This document shows, piece by piece, positions 1 to 9,677 of a stretch of DNA of 22,875 nucleotides. A program made the translations under genes and the position numbers. The stretch's first letter is position 1, and the number at the start of each line of letters is the position of its first letter. The notes under the pieces were generated by a model. That model did not search any database. It worked only from the letters and a program-made list of their open reading frames with translations, and had not been told where the DNA came from. The stretch is from positions 1-22,875 of the forward strand of contig JBFRWD010000179.1 of the NCBI GenBank assembly GCA_051439425.1. The letters are read 5' to 3'. This DNA is from Synechococcus sp. (GTDB lineage: Bacteria; Cyanobacteriota; Cyanobacteriia; Thermostichales; PCC-7336).

Positions 1-13
1 GTATAAGAGACAG
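1..13 (+). other. Tn5 mosaic-end / Nextera adapter remnant (assembly artefact)
   Basis: GTATAAGAGACAG is the exact 3' 13 nt of the 19-bp Tn5 mosaic end AGATGTGTATAAGAGACAG. It sits at the extreme window end and reads LSLI in frame with the kinase on the minus strand. Confidence 0.93.
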
Positions 14-1141
14 GTCTAACACATCGTTGATCAGTGCTAGTAAATGGAGCGCAGAACGATGGGCCTCTTGCAAAAACTCAGCTTGTTCTTCCGGAGATTC
101 CGCCATGCCATCTTGTATCAGTTGCAGGAAGCCAATGATGGCATTCAGTGGAGTGCGAAGTTCGTGGGATGTGTTCGCTAGGAATTGACTTTTAAGTTCG
201 TTGGCTGATTCAGCTTGTTCGCGGGCTAATTGCAATTCAGAGTTCTTCTGCCGAAGTGTATGGTTCGCTAACTGCAGGCGTGTACCAATTTGGCGGCTTT
301 GATCCAGCAATTGTGCGTGTGCTAGTGCCGTGCCCAAATGCATAGCGACAATCTCCAGTTCGGAGAGTCGATCCGCTTTAAGAGGGGGCTGCCCGAAGTC
401 AAACTCGAAGTGCAGCAGGCCGTTGGCATGCCCTTGATAAAACGTTGCCAAAGTTAAATGGTTATCGGTAACGGCCGGACGCTGCTGCTTTAGAACCTGC
501 ATTGCTTGTGGTGCATCTGCCAGATCTATCTGCTTATCCATCGCTGTCGTCGTGCCTGTAGTGCGCAAATATTGAGCTTTGATGGAAATAAACGGTTGTC
601 CCACTTCATAGAGTGACATCTGGCAGGAGGAACACCCTGCCCACGGTCCTAGTAAGTTAACGGCTTGTGCAATAATTCGATCGACATCCAAAGTATGACG
701 CAACTGCTGAATCAGAGATTCCGCTAAACGCTGAGAGATTTGAGGGGGAGGGGGGATGTGTGATGGGGCTTGTTTAACTCGCAGTACCGTTCCTGTTGCG
801 GTAACAGCAGGAGCTACACCTTCAGGAGTAGCAAGCGGAGCAAACAGCACATCTAACTGCAAAATATGCCCCTGGGTAAGCACGTACACAGTTGAACGAC
901 GGTTCTGATTGCGAGAAACAACGTCCTTGAGTTCTGCAAAGTAGCGATCGCGATGAGAGGGTTTCCATTGGGCTTTACCGCTCACTAGCCATTCGGTACG
1001 AATCCCATAATCGAGCGCTCCCTCCCAACGAATCCCCCAGAACCGTCCCTGTAGATCCTGCGTATAAAAGATAGTATTGCGCCCGTCAAACGGTGATGAA
1101 TTCGAGGCTATATCGGGGGGTAGGGCATCCGCCGTTGACAT
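14..1141 (-). CDS. Sensor histidine kinase (PAS-like/GAF-HisKA), 3'-truncated at the window edge
   Basis: Absent from the ORF track because it has no stop. Manual translation from ATG 1141 (MSTADALPP...) is open to base 14, with an in-frame stop upstream at 1172-1174. It contains a GAF-type entry ([17 protein letters not shown]) and exit ([17 protein letters not shown]), a coiled coil, and the H-box [30 protein letters not shown]...LINDVLD. The HATPase domain lies outside the window. Confidence 0.92.
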
Positions 1142-1412
1142 CAGGTGACCTACAGGAAGAAGTATGCATCCTTAGCCTACCCACATCTCACTCGATTGAT
1201 TGGGATGCACAATTGGCTTACACAAGTAATGCTGCCTAGGCTGATTTTACAAATTGACCGCGTTACTGCTCATTCACAGCGAGTAAGACCATTGTCACCG
1301 AAATAACAGCAGGCGATGCCTGAGATTCAAACTAAAAACCGCCATCCTTCATGCAAACACTTAGCAAGTGCATCCCGCGAGTGAGAGCCAGCATGTCAGT
1401 GAAAGAAGATAT

Positions 1413-2123
1413 CTAACAGTAATGGGAGACATCTTCTCCACAATCGTCAGCCAAGAATGATAGAGAGCGAAAGCGCAATCCTACCAATTGTTCGTAAAGA
1501 GGATTGATCTTGCACATGGGGGGAATATGGACGACTTTCCTCCCAAAAAGGGTGATGTCTCTTTCGAATGGGCATTGGGCTGGAACCAGTTTGCAGATAA
1601 ACCGAGCTACACGCGGATCGTGGATATCCATCCCATCTAGCCAATGCTTGAGAGGGGCCAAAACTTCAGGGAACCGATCGCTACCAGAGGGTGACTGCAA
1701 ATTGCCTGTTATTGGTGTAGACATGGCATCCATCTCCTCTTCAACACGGTCAAGGTCGTATACCGTGACATCCAATGAATCCAAGACTTCTAGATCCAGC
1801 CCCAGTGCTGCCTGAAAGCAGCGCAACAAGTTAACCTCTGAGGCTGAGATTACCCCGTCAGCTAGTGCAACCAACACGGCGGTGCGTAAAAAGTTTTCGG
1901 CGGTGTCAGGACTTCCTCCGAACTCAACCGCTAAATCTTCAGGAGAAATTGGATCTAAGTTAGGTAAATCAACGGTAGGTGCGATTTGTTCGCGGGCAAT
2001 TTGTTCAATTGCCACTTGTTCTTCAGGTTCGTAATGACCATCTGCCCAGGCGATTGCCAGTAACCCTCTCAGCCAAGCAGATATCTGTGTATCACTGTAG
2101 CGAGTTTGAAGTATACCGGTCAT
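1413..2123 (-). CDS. TerB-like N-terminus plus 'Mo-dependent nitrogenase C-terminal' (Mo-nitro_C) domain protein; conserved cyanobacterial hypothetical
   Basis: WLRGLLAIAWADG and FLRTAVLVALADG are TerB-like repeats. The C-terminal CKLVPAQCPFERDI..FG...HIPPMCKINPLYEQLVGLRFRSLSFLADDCGED is the Mo-nitro_C signature. ATG 2123 is preferred over 2171. Confidence 0.85.
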   Translation of the reverse strand: MTGILQTRYSDTQISAWLRGLLAIAWADGHYEPEEQVAIEQIAREQIAPTVDLPNLDPISPEDLAVEFGGSPDTAENFLRTAVLVALADGVISASEVNLLRCFQAALGLDLEVLDSLDVTVYDLDRVEEEMDAMSTPITGNLQSPSGSDRFPEVLAPLKHWLDGMDIHDPRVARFICKLVPAQCPFERDITLFGRKVVHIPPMCKINPLYEQLVGLRFRSLSFLADDCGEDVSHYC

Positions 2124-2248
2124 AACAACAGTCCGTTCCTCAAAAGTATCGGTGCACGGCCCTAATCTCATCCTATCCCTAGCGATCTAGGAATGTAGTG
2201 ACTTAAATGTCAGAATAGAAGCTTGCTTGAGAACGCTCAATTGCGGTT

Positions 2249-3052
2249 TCAGCAATGGGGCATGATATGCAACCCAATTCCACTCCACTGCACGGGACTA
2301 GGGGAGGACTGCAATCGGCGGTAGGAGAAAAAATTGTCTGGATCGCTCCAGGTACAGTGGGGGCTGAGACAGAGATTTGAGGCCTGAATCCCGATCGCTA
2401 GGAGTTGGTGAGCGATCGCAGCCCGCAAGTCTAGTCGGACTCTATCAGGCGCTCTATCCTCATGGATGACTGGAGGTATTGGGCACGTGGAAGAACCATC
2501 GAAATGGGCAATTGTAGCAAGGACTTGTTCGGCCACCTCCAGCGACACCTGATAAACGGGGCCGGAAATCGCGGGCCCAATGGCTACCCGCAATTCTGTC
2601 GGTGACGATCCTCGCCGTATCAGTTCTGACACCGTTTTGGTCACAATCTCCGCTGCCGTTCCCCGCCATCCCGAATGAATAGCTGCCACCCGATCGCGAT
2701 CGGCTACTAGCACTGGTACACAATCTGCTGTTCGCACCCACACTGAATTGCCTGATGTTTCAGTTGCGAGCGCATCTGCTTCGAGCATTTTAAGAGTGGG
2801 AACTGATGAGCCAGCGGACCACGCTAAGCGATCTCCGTGTACTTGTTTTGTCCAGTAAGCAGAGACGCCCTCCAATCCCAACTGGGTCGGTGTTAACACC
2901 TCTGGGGATTCCGGATCGCTATGTCGACTACTAAAGCTATGGGGCCAACCCTGCAATAACGTGCATGTCAGCCACCGATGTCCATCTCGTTCGTGCCATT
3001 GCCACTGGCCGGAATTAGCACTATCCATGGGCAATTCGATCCATTTAGACAC
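2249..3052 (-). CDS. pgeF: Peptidoglycan editing factor PgeF / YfiH (laccase-domain, purine nucleoside phosphorylase family)
   Basis: Motifs QVHG, ADAL, TADCVPVL, AIHSGWRG, AIGPAI and FFSYRR. Start is GTG 3052 or ATG 3028. Confidence 0.9.
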   Translation of the reverse strand: MSKWIELPMDSANSGQWQWHERDGHRWLTCTLLQGWPHSFSSRHSDPESPEVLTPTQLGLEGVSAYWTKQVHGDRLAWSAGSSVPTLKMLEADALATETSGNSVWVRTADCVPVLVADRDRVAAIHSGWRGTAAEIVTKTVSELIRRGSSPTELRVAIGPAISGPVYQVSLEVAEQVLATIAHFDGSSTCPIPPVIHEDRAPDRVRLDLRAAIAHQLLAIGIQASNLCLSPHCTWSDPDNFFSYRRLQSSPSPVQWSGIGLHIMPHC

Positions 3053-3126
3053 CTAACTCAGCGGGCTCGCCTTAATTGGTTCTATTCGGTCACCAAACAC
3101 TATTGGAATTAACCATACTTGTGAAA

Positions 3127-3855
3127 TTAGGGCTTGTTGTCAGCCGTAATGGCTTCGTTAGGGGCTGCCATTTGGGCTAATTTATCTAAATCGCGATTGG
3201 CTCCAATCAACACAATCACATCTCCCTGATAAATCTGGTCATCTGGCGACGGATTCACGTTGAACTTATCGGTATGTTGAATGGCGAGAACGCTAATTCC
3301 ATAACGAGCACGAATATCCAGATCCTTGAGCGGTTTTCCCGTCACGGGTTCTGGAGCCACCATCTCGATAATGCTGTGCTCGGTATCTAACTGAAGGGAT
3401 TCTAGAAGGCCCGTTGCCGTTAGCCTCAGAGCAAGGGTGCGACCCATTTCCGCTTCCGGATATACCACCTGATCGGCCCCCACTTTTTCCAACACTTCTC
3501 CATGAATGGTGGAGACCGCTTTGGCTACTACCCGCGGACAGCCAAGGGATTTGACATTGAGAGTCGCCAAGACACTTTCTGCAAAGTACTGACCGATCGC
3601 AATAATAACGACGCCGAAAGAACCCAGTCCTGCTTGCTTGAGGGCAGTTGGGTCAGTGGCGTTGAGCTGAACGGCTTGAGTGGCAATGCAATTGCTATTG
3701 GCGTAGGAAATTCGCTCGGGGTCATTATCAATCGCCAATACCTCGTAACCAATCTGATAAAAGGTACGAGCAACAGAAGTGCCGAACCGTCCCAGCCCGA
3801 TCACGGCCACTTGTCTGTTCTTGCCACGATTAAACCAGTTTGCAAACGCAGTCAT
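3127..3855 (-). CDS. trkA: TrkA/KtrA-family potassium uptake regulatory (RCK) subunit
   Basis: VAVIGLGRFG Rossmann motif, VVAKA...VLEKVGAD.VVYPE.EMG, and a C-terminal RCK_C domain (NPSPDDQIYQGDVIVLIG). ATG 3855 is preferred over 3921. Confidence 0.9.
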   Translation of the reverse strand: MTAFANWFNRGKNRQVAVIGLGRFGTSVARTFYQIGYEVLAIDNDPERISYANSNCIATQAVQLNATDPTALKQAGLGSFGVVIIAIGQYFAESVLATLNVKSLGCPRVVAKAVSTIHGEVLEKVGADQVVYPEAEMGRTLALRLTATGLLESLQLDTEHSIIEMVAPEPVTGKPLKDLDIRARYGISVLAIQHTDKFNVNPSPDDQIYQGDVIVLIGANRDLDKLAQMAAPNEAITADNKP

Positions 3856-3968
3856 GTCTTTATCCGACCTGTCTCGGATCGAGTATGCCCGATTGTGCTC
3901 CATTCGAATGAAGCATTTCATCTAATGGGGTGCAGATATGAGCCATTGCAGTGCATTTGATTGCAGGA

Positions 3969-4805
3969 CTATCGCACTCCAGAAAATACTTGTTGAGCTG
4001 GCCCAGTCATGTAAATACGATCGCTGGCTCGATCCCAGCGAATATCCAGATCCCCTCCGGGTAGTTCTACTACGGCTCTGTTGTCTGCCTTATCGAGCAG
4101 TACTGCAGCTACTAATGTTGCACAGGCTCCCGTCCCGCAGGCCAACGTCGCTCCAGCCCCTCGTTCCCACACCCGCATGCGCAAGCGAGCTCGTCCGACA
4201 ACCTGAACAAATTCAGTGTTAGTACGCTCGGGAAAAACCGCGTGATGCTCGAACTCTGGGCCGATAGTTGCTAGCGGAATGTCTGCAACATTATCCACAA
4301 AAATAATGCAATGGGGGTTTCCCATACTGACGCAAGTGACTTGCCAAGTACGTTCGCCCACTTGCAGAGGCATATCGACCACTCGACTATTCTGTGTCCC
4401 TAATGTCGTGGGAATTTGACTTGCTCCTAAGATCGGAGCCCCCATATCAACGCAGATTAAGCCATCGCCTGTAAATGTGGGGACGATCCTACCTGCCAGT
4501 GTATGAATTTGGTATCCACCGTCAGTGGTGGGAGCTCCTAAATCTTTAAGGAACTGGGCCATGCACCGAATCCCATTCCCACACATCTCCGGTTCAGACC
4601 CATCACTGTTGTAGATCCGCATCGTGTAATCTGCTCCCTCCTGACCCGGGAGAGCAAAGATGGCACCATCTGCACCAATGCCAAAACGGCGATCGCACCA
4701 TTCAACTGCTTGGTCTGGCGTTAGCAGTGGCTCTGATTGGGAACGATTGTCAATCAAAATAAAATCGTTGCCCAACCCCTGATATTTAACAAAGCGCTGC
4801 GTCAT
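3969..4805 (-). CDS. dapF: Diaminopimelate epimerase
   Basis: Motifs [38 protein letters not shown] and [13 protein letters not shown]. Confidence 0.97.
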   Translation of the reverse strand: MTQRFVKYQGLGNDFILIDNRSQSEPLLTPDQAVEWCDRRFGIGADGAIFALPGQEGADYTMRIYNSDGSEPEMCGNGIRCMAQFLKDLGAPTTDGGYQIHTLAGRIVPTFTGDGLICVDMGAPILGASQIPTTLGTQNSRVVDMPLQVGERTWQVTCVSMGNPHCIIFVDNVADIPLATIGPEFEHHAVFPERTNTEFVQVVGRARLRMRVWERGAGATLACGTGACATLVAAVLLDKADNRAVVELPGGDLDIRWDRASDRIYMTGPAQQVFSGVR

Positions 4806-5118
4806 GACAATTCAAGATTGAGAGAACAACAAAGTCAGTGTTAGAAATTACCGATAGTTGACGACGGTGAAATCCAAGGAACCAACAGAGCTAGAGAACA
4901 CCATTGCGGGAGCATCCCAATCGGGTTCACTACATCTATCGGAGTGGACATGTTCCTATGTGCATTTGGCAGACTGACATACCGAGAAAACCACACAGTC
5001 ACAGCACAATACTCTAATTGAGTATGGCATTCATGCCGGTACTGTTGCCCGACCTCGGCTCGCGCCTGAGAGAAAAGGTCACATAACAAAATTGGCCGCA
5101 ATAGACCGAGTCGACCTG

Positions 5119-6000
5119 CTAATTAGTATCTTCAGAAATCGCTTCCCCTTCAGCCACCTCCACGGGAAAGTTCACCGGTGCGTCGGAGGCTGGCTCCTGG
5201 CTCTCATCTCGAACGGCTGCTTCATACTCACTCTCGTAGTTTTCGTTATATTCTTCTTCTCCTCCATCCGGCTCGGCGCTCACCTCGATGTCGTCTTCAT
5301 ATTCCTCGGCATCATAGTCCCGAGCCGTGTCCTCATATTCTTCTTCGTATTCCTCCTCGTATTCCCCTTCATATTCTTTGTCGTAGTATGCCTCTTCATC
5401 TTCCTCGACAACTTCAGCCGCACTGGGCAGCACGGAAGTATCCATCTGTAGTTCCCAAGGAGGTCGCCCAACCCCGATTAGCTTCGTAATCACGCTAGTC
5501 GATACTTCAAATAGCTCTGCTTCGGTTTCATCAGCAGCAATAATGTCTCCACCAACTGACACAACCCGGTCTGACTTCATTCCGTAAGTGTTGGATAGAA
5601 AGGCAGGAACCAGGGGGACCCCCAAACTAGAAATATGGACATCGGCAATCTCCCCGGTAATCGGGTCGAACATAAAGTCCTTCACACGCCCAAGACGAGT
5701 TCCTGTCTCAGTGACAACGTCAGTACCGATCGCTCTGACCAGCCCCGACAGATCGAAATCTTCAAATACATCATCAGACTGCACCAAAATGGCGTCGCGG
5801 CCAATCGTAATGCGATCGCTAAGTTCCATCGTGCGATCGACGCGGTCGAAGGCGCTGTCTCTGACACTCAGAGCAACGACACGCTGCGCTTCAAGATCCA
5901 CCCAGACTGAACTGACAATTCCAATTTGAGCGGCGGTGGCTTGATCGATCACCGGACTGCCCAACACTCTAAATCGACTGCGAAGTTCCGAACCGGTCAT
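5119..6000 (-). CDS. Tandem PRC-barrel domain protein with acidic C-terminal tail
   Basis: Two PRC-barrel-like units (LGSPVIDQATAAQIGIV and IGTDVVTETGTRLGRVKDFMFD) followed by an E/D/Y-rich tail. Start is ATG 6000 or GTG 6009. Confidence 0.8.
   Translation of the reverse strand: MTGSELRSRFRVLGSPVIDQATAAQIGIVSSVWVDLEAQRVVALSVRDSAFDRVDRTMELSDRITIGRDAILVQSDDVFEDFDLSGLVRAIGTDVVTETGTRLGRVKDFMFDPITGEIADVHISSLGVPLVPAFLSNTYGMKSDRVVSVGGDIIAADETEAELFEVSTSVITKLIGVGRPPWELQMDTSVLPSAAEVVEEDEEAYYDKEYEGEYEEEYEEEYEDTARDYDAEEYEDDIEVSAEPDGGEEEYNENYESEYEAAVRDESQEPASDAPVNFPVEVAEGEAISEDTN
5255..5410 (-). repeat. Low-complexity coding repeat (EEEY)n in the PRC-barrel protein tail
   Basis: EEDEEAYYDKEYEGEYEEEYEEEYEDTARDYDAEEYEDD, encoded by degenerate 12-bp units (GAATAYGARGRR). 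Boundaries are approximate. Confidence 0.7.
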
Positions 6001-6404
6001 GACGCACACCTAAGTCTGACTGCAATTAACGGTAGAGCAAAAGGAGAACCAAGAAAAGCGATCGTAACGATAGCGGGCTGGACAAAGGCTTGACACACAC
6101 AGTGAACAGTTATTCGTTTAGCAAGGTGTTCCGACTAAAATTCTGTTGAAGTGAAAAAGGTGCTGCTCAAAAGCTCAACCCAGATTACTGCAACAATCCC
6201 CATCGCAAAATGGCCATCCCATCCTAAAAAGTAAATGAAACAAGTGCGCAAAGGTAAGGCCAAACCTCAGAGAAAACTATCCTGCACATGGCCCCAAATG
6301 TCGGACAACCACCTTTTATAGATGTTGCCCAGTTGAATTGTGTGGAGGTCCGCGATCGCGCTGCTAGTCTAGTGAAGTACTAAATTCACCCGTTGTTCGA
6401 AACC

Positions 6405-9119
6405 ATGACCGCGGCTATCCCCACCCTTCCCAAACAGTACGATCCCTTTGCCGCCGAGCCCCGCTGGCAGCAGTTCTGGGAAGAAAAGGGAGTGTACGTC
6501 GCCGACCCCAAACAACCCGGCGAAGCCTTCAGCATGGTGCTGCCCCCCCCCAACGTCACCGGCAGCCTGCACATGGGTCACGCCTTCGCCTTCACCCTGC
6601 CCGACGTCATCACCCGCTACAAACGCATGCGCGGCTACAACGTCCTCTGGGTTCCCGGCACCGACCACGCCTCCATCGCCGTCCACGCCATTTTAGAAAA
6701 CAAGCTGCGTCAAGCAGGCAAAACCCGCTTCGATTTAGGACGCGAAGAATTTCTCAAGCAAGCCTGGGAATGGAAGCACTTTTCCCACGGATCGATTACC
6801 GGACAGCTACGCCGTCTCGGCCTCTCCCTAGACTGGAGCCGCGAACGGTTCACCATGGATGAGGGTCTCAACAAGGCTGTTATCGAAGCCTTTGTCCGGT
6901 TTTACGAAGAAGGACTAATTTATCGCGGCGAGTACTTAGTCAACTGGTGTCCAGCCACTCAAACAGCAGTGTCGGATATAGAAGTCGAAAACAAAGAGAT
7001 TCAGTCCCATCTGTGGCACTTCCGCTACCCGCTAGCCGACGACCCAGAACGCTACCTCGTCGTTGCCACCACTCGCCCCGAAACCATGCTGGGTGACACC
7101 GCCGTTGCCGTTAACCCCAATGACGATCGCTACAAAGACCTAGTCGGCCAGCACATCCGACTACCTATCCAAGATCGCCTCATCCCCATCGTCGCGGACG
7201 ACTACGTCGATCCCGAATTCGGCTCCGGCTGCGTCAAAATCACCCCCGCCCATGACCCCAACGACTTCGAAATCGGCAAGCGCCACAACTTGCCCTTCAT
7301 TAACATCCTGAATAAGGATGGTTCTATCAACGAAAACGGCGGCATCATGCAGGGGCTCGATCGTTTCGACGCCCGCAAAGCTGTTGTCAAGTGGTTCGAA
7401 GACAACAGTCTACTGGACAAAATCGAAGACTACACCCACTCCGTCCCCTATGGAGATCGGGGTAAAGTTCCCATCGAGCCCTTCTTATCTATTCAGTGGT
7501 TCTGTGACGTCAGCGGCATGGCCAAGGCCTGTCTGGAATCCTCCCAAAACCATCACGACCCCGCCTTCATCCCCGAAAAGTGGACCAAAGTCTATGAAGG
7601 CTGGCTGGCCAAGCTGCGCCCCTGGTGCGTCTCTCGCCAACTGTGGTGGGGTCACCAAATTCCTGCCTGGTACATCAAAGGTGACGACAATCCTCAAAAC
7701 TACGTCGTCGCCCGCAACTTAGACGAAGCCCAAGAAAAAGCCCGCGAAAAATTCGGTGCCGATGTCGAACTCGTCCAAGAAGAAGACGTTCTAGACACCT
7801 GGTTCTCCTCCGGACTGTGGCCCTTCTCCACTCTGGGTTGGCCGGATAATGCGGAAGACTTCGAGCGTTACTTCCCCAACACCCTGATGTCCACCGGTTT
7901 CGACATCATCTTCTTCTGGGTGGCCCGCATGACCATGATGAGTTCCGAACTGGCGGGCAAGCTTCCCTTCCAAGATGTCTACATTAACGGCTTGGTGCTG
8001 GACGAAAATGGGTCCAAGATGTCTAAGTCAAAAGGCAACGGCATCGACCCGCTGGGGCTAATGGACAAGTACGGCACCGATGCTCTGCGGTTTGCGCTTG
8101 TAAAAGAAGTAATCGGCACCGGTCAGGACATTCGTCTAGCCTACGATCGCAAAACCGGCGAATCCTCCACCGTCGAAGCCGCTCGTAACTTCGCCAACAA
8201 AATCTGGAATGCCTCTCGCTTCGTATTAATGAACCTGGACGGCAAAACTCCCGCCCAACGAGGAGCCCCCGAACCGGACGCACTGGAGCTGAGCGATCGC
8301 TGGATTCTCTCCCGCTTCGCCTCCTCCATTACCGAAGTCACCAAGCTGCTAGAGAACTATGACATGGGCGACGGTGCCCGCGTGGTGTATAGCTTCATCT
8401 GGGATGACTTTTGCGATTGGTATATCGAACTAGTGAAGTCTCGCCTGTGGAGCGACGATGCGCAGTCTAAGTTAACCGCTCAGCAGGTGCTGGCTCAAGT
8501 GTTGGAAGGCATGCTGCGCATGTTGCATCCCTGGATGCCTCACCTGACTGAAGAAATTTGGCAGACATTGACTCAAACTGAGGCAGAGACGTCCATTGCC
8601 GTGCAACCCTATCCAACTGCTGAGCCAGAGCAAATCGATACTCAGTTAGAGGCGGATTTCAAGATGGCGATCGAGGCTATTCGTGTCGTCCGCAACCTGC
8701 GCGCCGAAGCCAACGTCAAACCCAGCCAGACGGTTTCGGTCATCTTCCAAAGTGACAACGAACCCGAACGAGCCGTTCTCATCCGCGCCCAAGACTACAT
8801 CTCCCGACTCGCCAAAGTCGAATCCCTCAGCATCGTCCCCTCCCTAGAGGAAGACCCCAAGCAAGTGGCAGCCGGTGTGGTCGGTACCGTTCAGGTGCTG
8901 ATGCCCCTGGCTGGATTGGTGGATATCGACGCACTCAAGGCTAAGCTGCAGAAGGACTTAGGCAAGATCGAAGGGGAAATGAAGGGCATTAACGGTCGCC
9001 TGGGGAATCCCAATTTTGTGAATCGGGCTCCGGCTGAGGTGGTAGAAGCCAATCGTCAGTCGTTGGCGGAGCTGCAAACGCAGGCAGAGATTTTATCGGA
9101 ACGGCTGAATAAGCTATAG
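6405..9119 (+). CDS. valS: Valine--tRNA ligase
   Basis: [13 protein letters not shown] (HIGH), [34 protein letters not shown] and the C-terminal coiled coil. Start is ATG 6405 (alternatively TTG 6393). Confidence 0.98.
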   Translation: MTAAIPTLPKQYDPFAAEPRWQQFWEEKGVYVADPKQPGEAFSMVLPPPNVTGSLHMGHAFAFTLPDVITRYKRMRGYNVLWVPGTDHASIAVHAILENKLRQAGKTRFDLGREEFLKQAWEWKHFSHGSITGQLRRLGLSLDWSRERFTMDEGLNKAVIEAFVRFYEEGLIYRGEYLVNWCPATQTAVSDIEVENKEIQSHLWHFRYPLADDPERYLVVATTRPETMLGDTAVAVNPNDDRYKDLVGQHIRLPIQDRLIPIVADDYVDPEFGSGCVKITPAHDPNDFEIGKRHNLPFINILNKDGSINENGGIMQGLDRFDARKAVVKWFEDNSLLDKIEDYTHSVPYGDRGKVPIEPFLSIQWFCDVSGMAKACLESSQNHHDPAFIPEKWTKVYEGWLAKLRPWCVSRQLWWGHQIPAWYIKGDDNPQNYVVARNLDEAQEKAREKFGADVELVQEEDVLDTWFSSGLWPFSTLGWPDNAEDFERYFPNTLMSTGFDIIFFWVARMTMMSSELAGKLPFQDVYINGLVLDENGSKMSKSKGNGIDPLGLMDKYGTDALRFALVKEVIGTGQDIRLAYDRKTGESSTVEAARNFANKIWNASRFVLMNLDGKTPAQRGAPEPDALELSDRWILSRFASSITEVTKLLENYDMGDGARVVYSFIWDDFCDWYIELVKSRLWSDDAQSKLTAQQVLAQVLEGMLRMLHPWMPHLTEEIWQTLTQTEAETSIAVQPYPTAEPEQIDTQLEADFKMAIEAIRVVRNLRAEANVKPSQTVSVIFQSDNEPERAVLIRAQDYISRLAKVESLSIVPSLEEDPKQVAAGVVGTVQVLMPLAGLVDIDALKAKLQKDLGKIEGEMKGINGRLGNPNFVNRAPAEVVEANRQSLAELQTQAEILSERLNKL

Positions 9120-9155
9120 CGGCTACTTTTGCTCTAGATATCCTATGGTCCCCTC

Positions 9156-9188
9156 AGTCCCCCATGACTGGGGGACTTTTTGTTTTTT
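9156..9188 (+). terminator. Rho-independent terminator after valS
   Basis: Perfect 9-bp stem AGTCCCCCA-tgac-TGGGGGACT followed by TTTTGTTTTTT. Confidence 0.88.
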
Positions 9189-9616
9189 CGGGGATGAATT
9201 GTTCTCTTGTTGTTATCTTTGTCTATGTCAAATTGTGTTCCGTCCTCAGCCACTAGCGTTGCAGGTCCAAATGAACATCGATTGGAAGAACTCATAAAAG
9301 TCCTCAAAAGAGTGGGCATCCCATTCCCCGCAAGCCAAAAGCCCTGCATTTCGATGCTGTTTTCCGCAGCTTCTGTCCATCACGAACAAATTTCTGAGCC
9401 ATCAACTGACGTCTTCCCGTCTCAAAACTTCAAGCTGAGAGGCAAGCTAAAAACACTACAGACAGTGGCACTTGCTATGTATGACGCCACTTTTAGCCCG
9501 TAATGTGGCTTGAGACTGGGATTGAATACGTTATTCAAACCAACTTTTCACCTAAAAAATCAGCGTAAATACGCAGACAGATGTGTTCAATTCGTGAAAT
9601 TTTCCCCGGAAGCGGT

Positions 9617-9623
9617 GGGTAAT
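9617..9623 (+). promoter_or_regulatory. Candidate SigF-type promoter element upstream of pilA
   Basis: GGGTAAT about 55 nt upstream of the pilA ATG. GGGTAA is the element described for SigF-dependent pilA1 promoters in cyanobacteria. Confidence 0.55.
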
Positions 9624-9677
9624 CTGACATTGTCAGCCGCACAGAGCTGACACCGGACTGTAAACGTAGGAATGGTT

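Noticed and set aside
1..13. Native Tn5/IS50 transposon end
   Set aside because: It lies at the exact window end with no transposase or second end, which is typical of a library adapter.
1413..2171. Nitrogen-fixation gene
   Set aside because: Only the misleadingly named Mo-nitro_C domain is present. There are no NifH/D/K motifs or nif neighbours.
4841..5101. 86-aa ORF between the PRC-barrel gene and dapF
   Set aside because: No recognisable motif or RBS and unnatural composition. Probably the dapF promoter region.
5092..5489. Hydrophobic and His/Arg-rich plus-strand ORFs
   Set aside because: Antisense shadows of the Glu/Tyr low-complexity tail.
6010..6404. T-box riboswitch upstream of valS
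   Set aside because: No T-box consensus (AANNNGGGTGGTACCGCG-like) or antiterminator/terminator pair is visible.
6369..8344. Several antisense and alternative-frame ORFs within valS
   Set aside because: Explained by the C-rich third-position bias suppressing stop codons in other frames.
9207..9503. 98-aa ORF between valS and pilA
   Set aside because: TTG start without an RBS, no pilin or other motif, and it lies in the probable pilA regulatory region.
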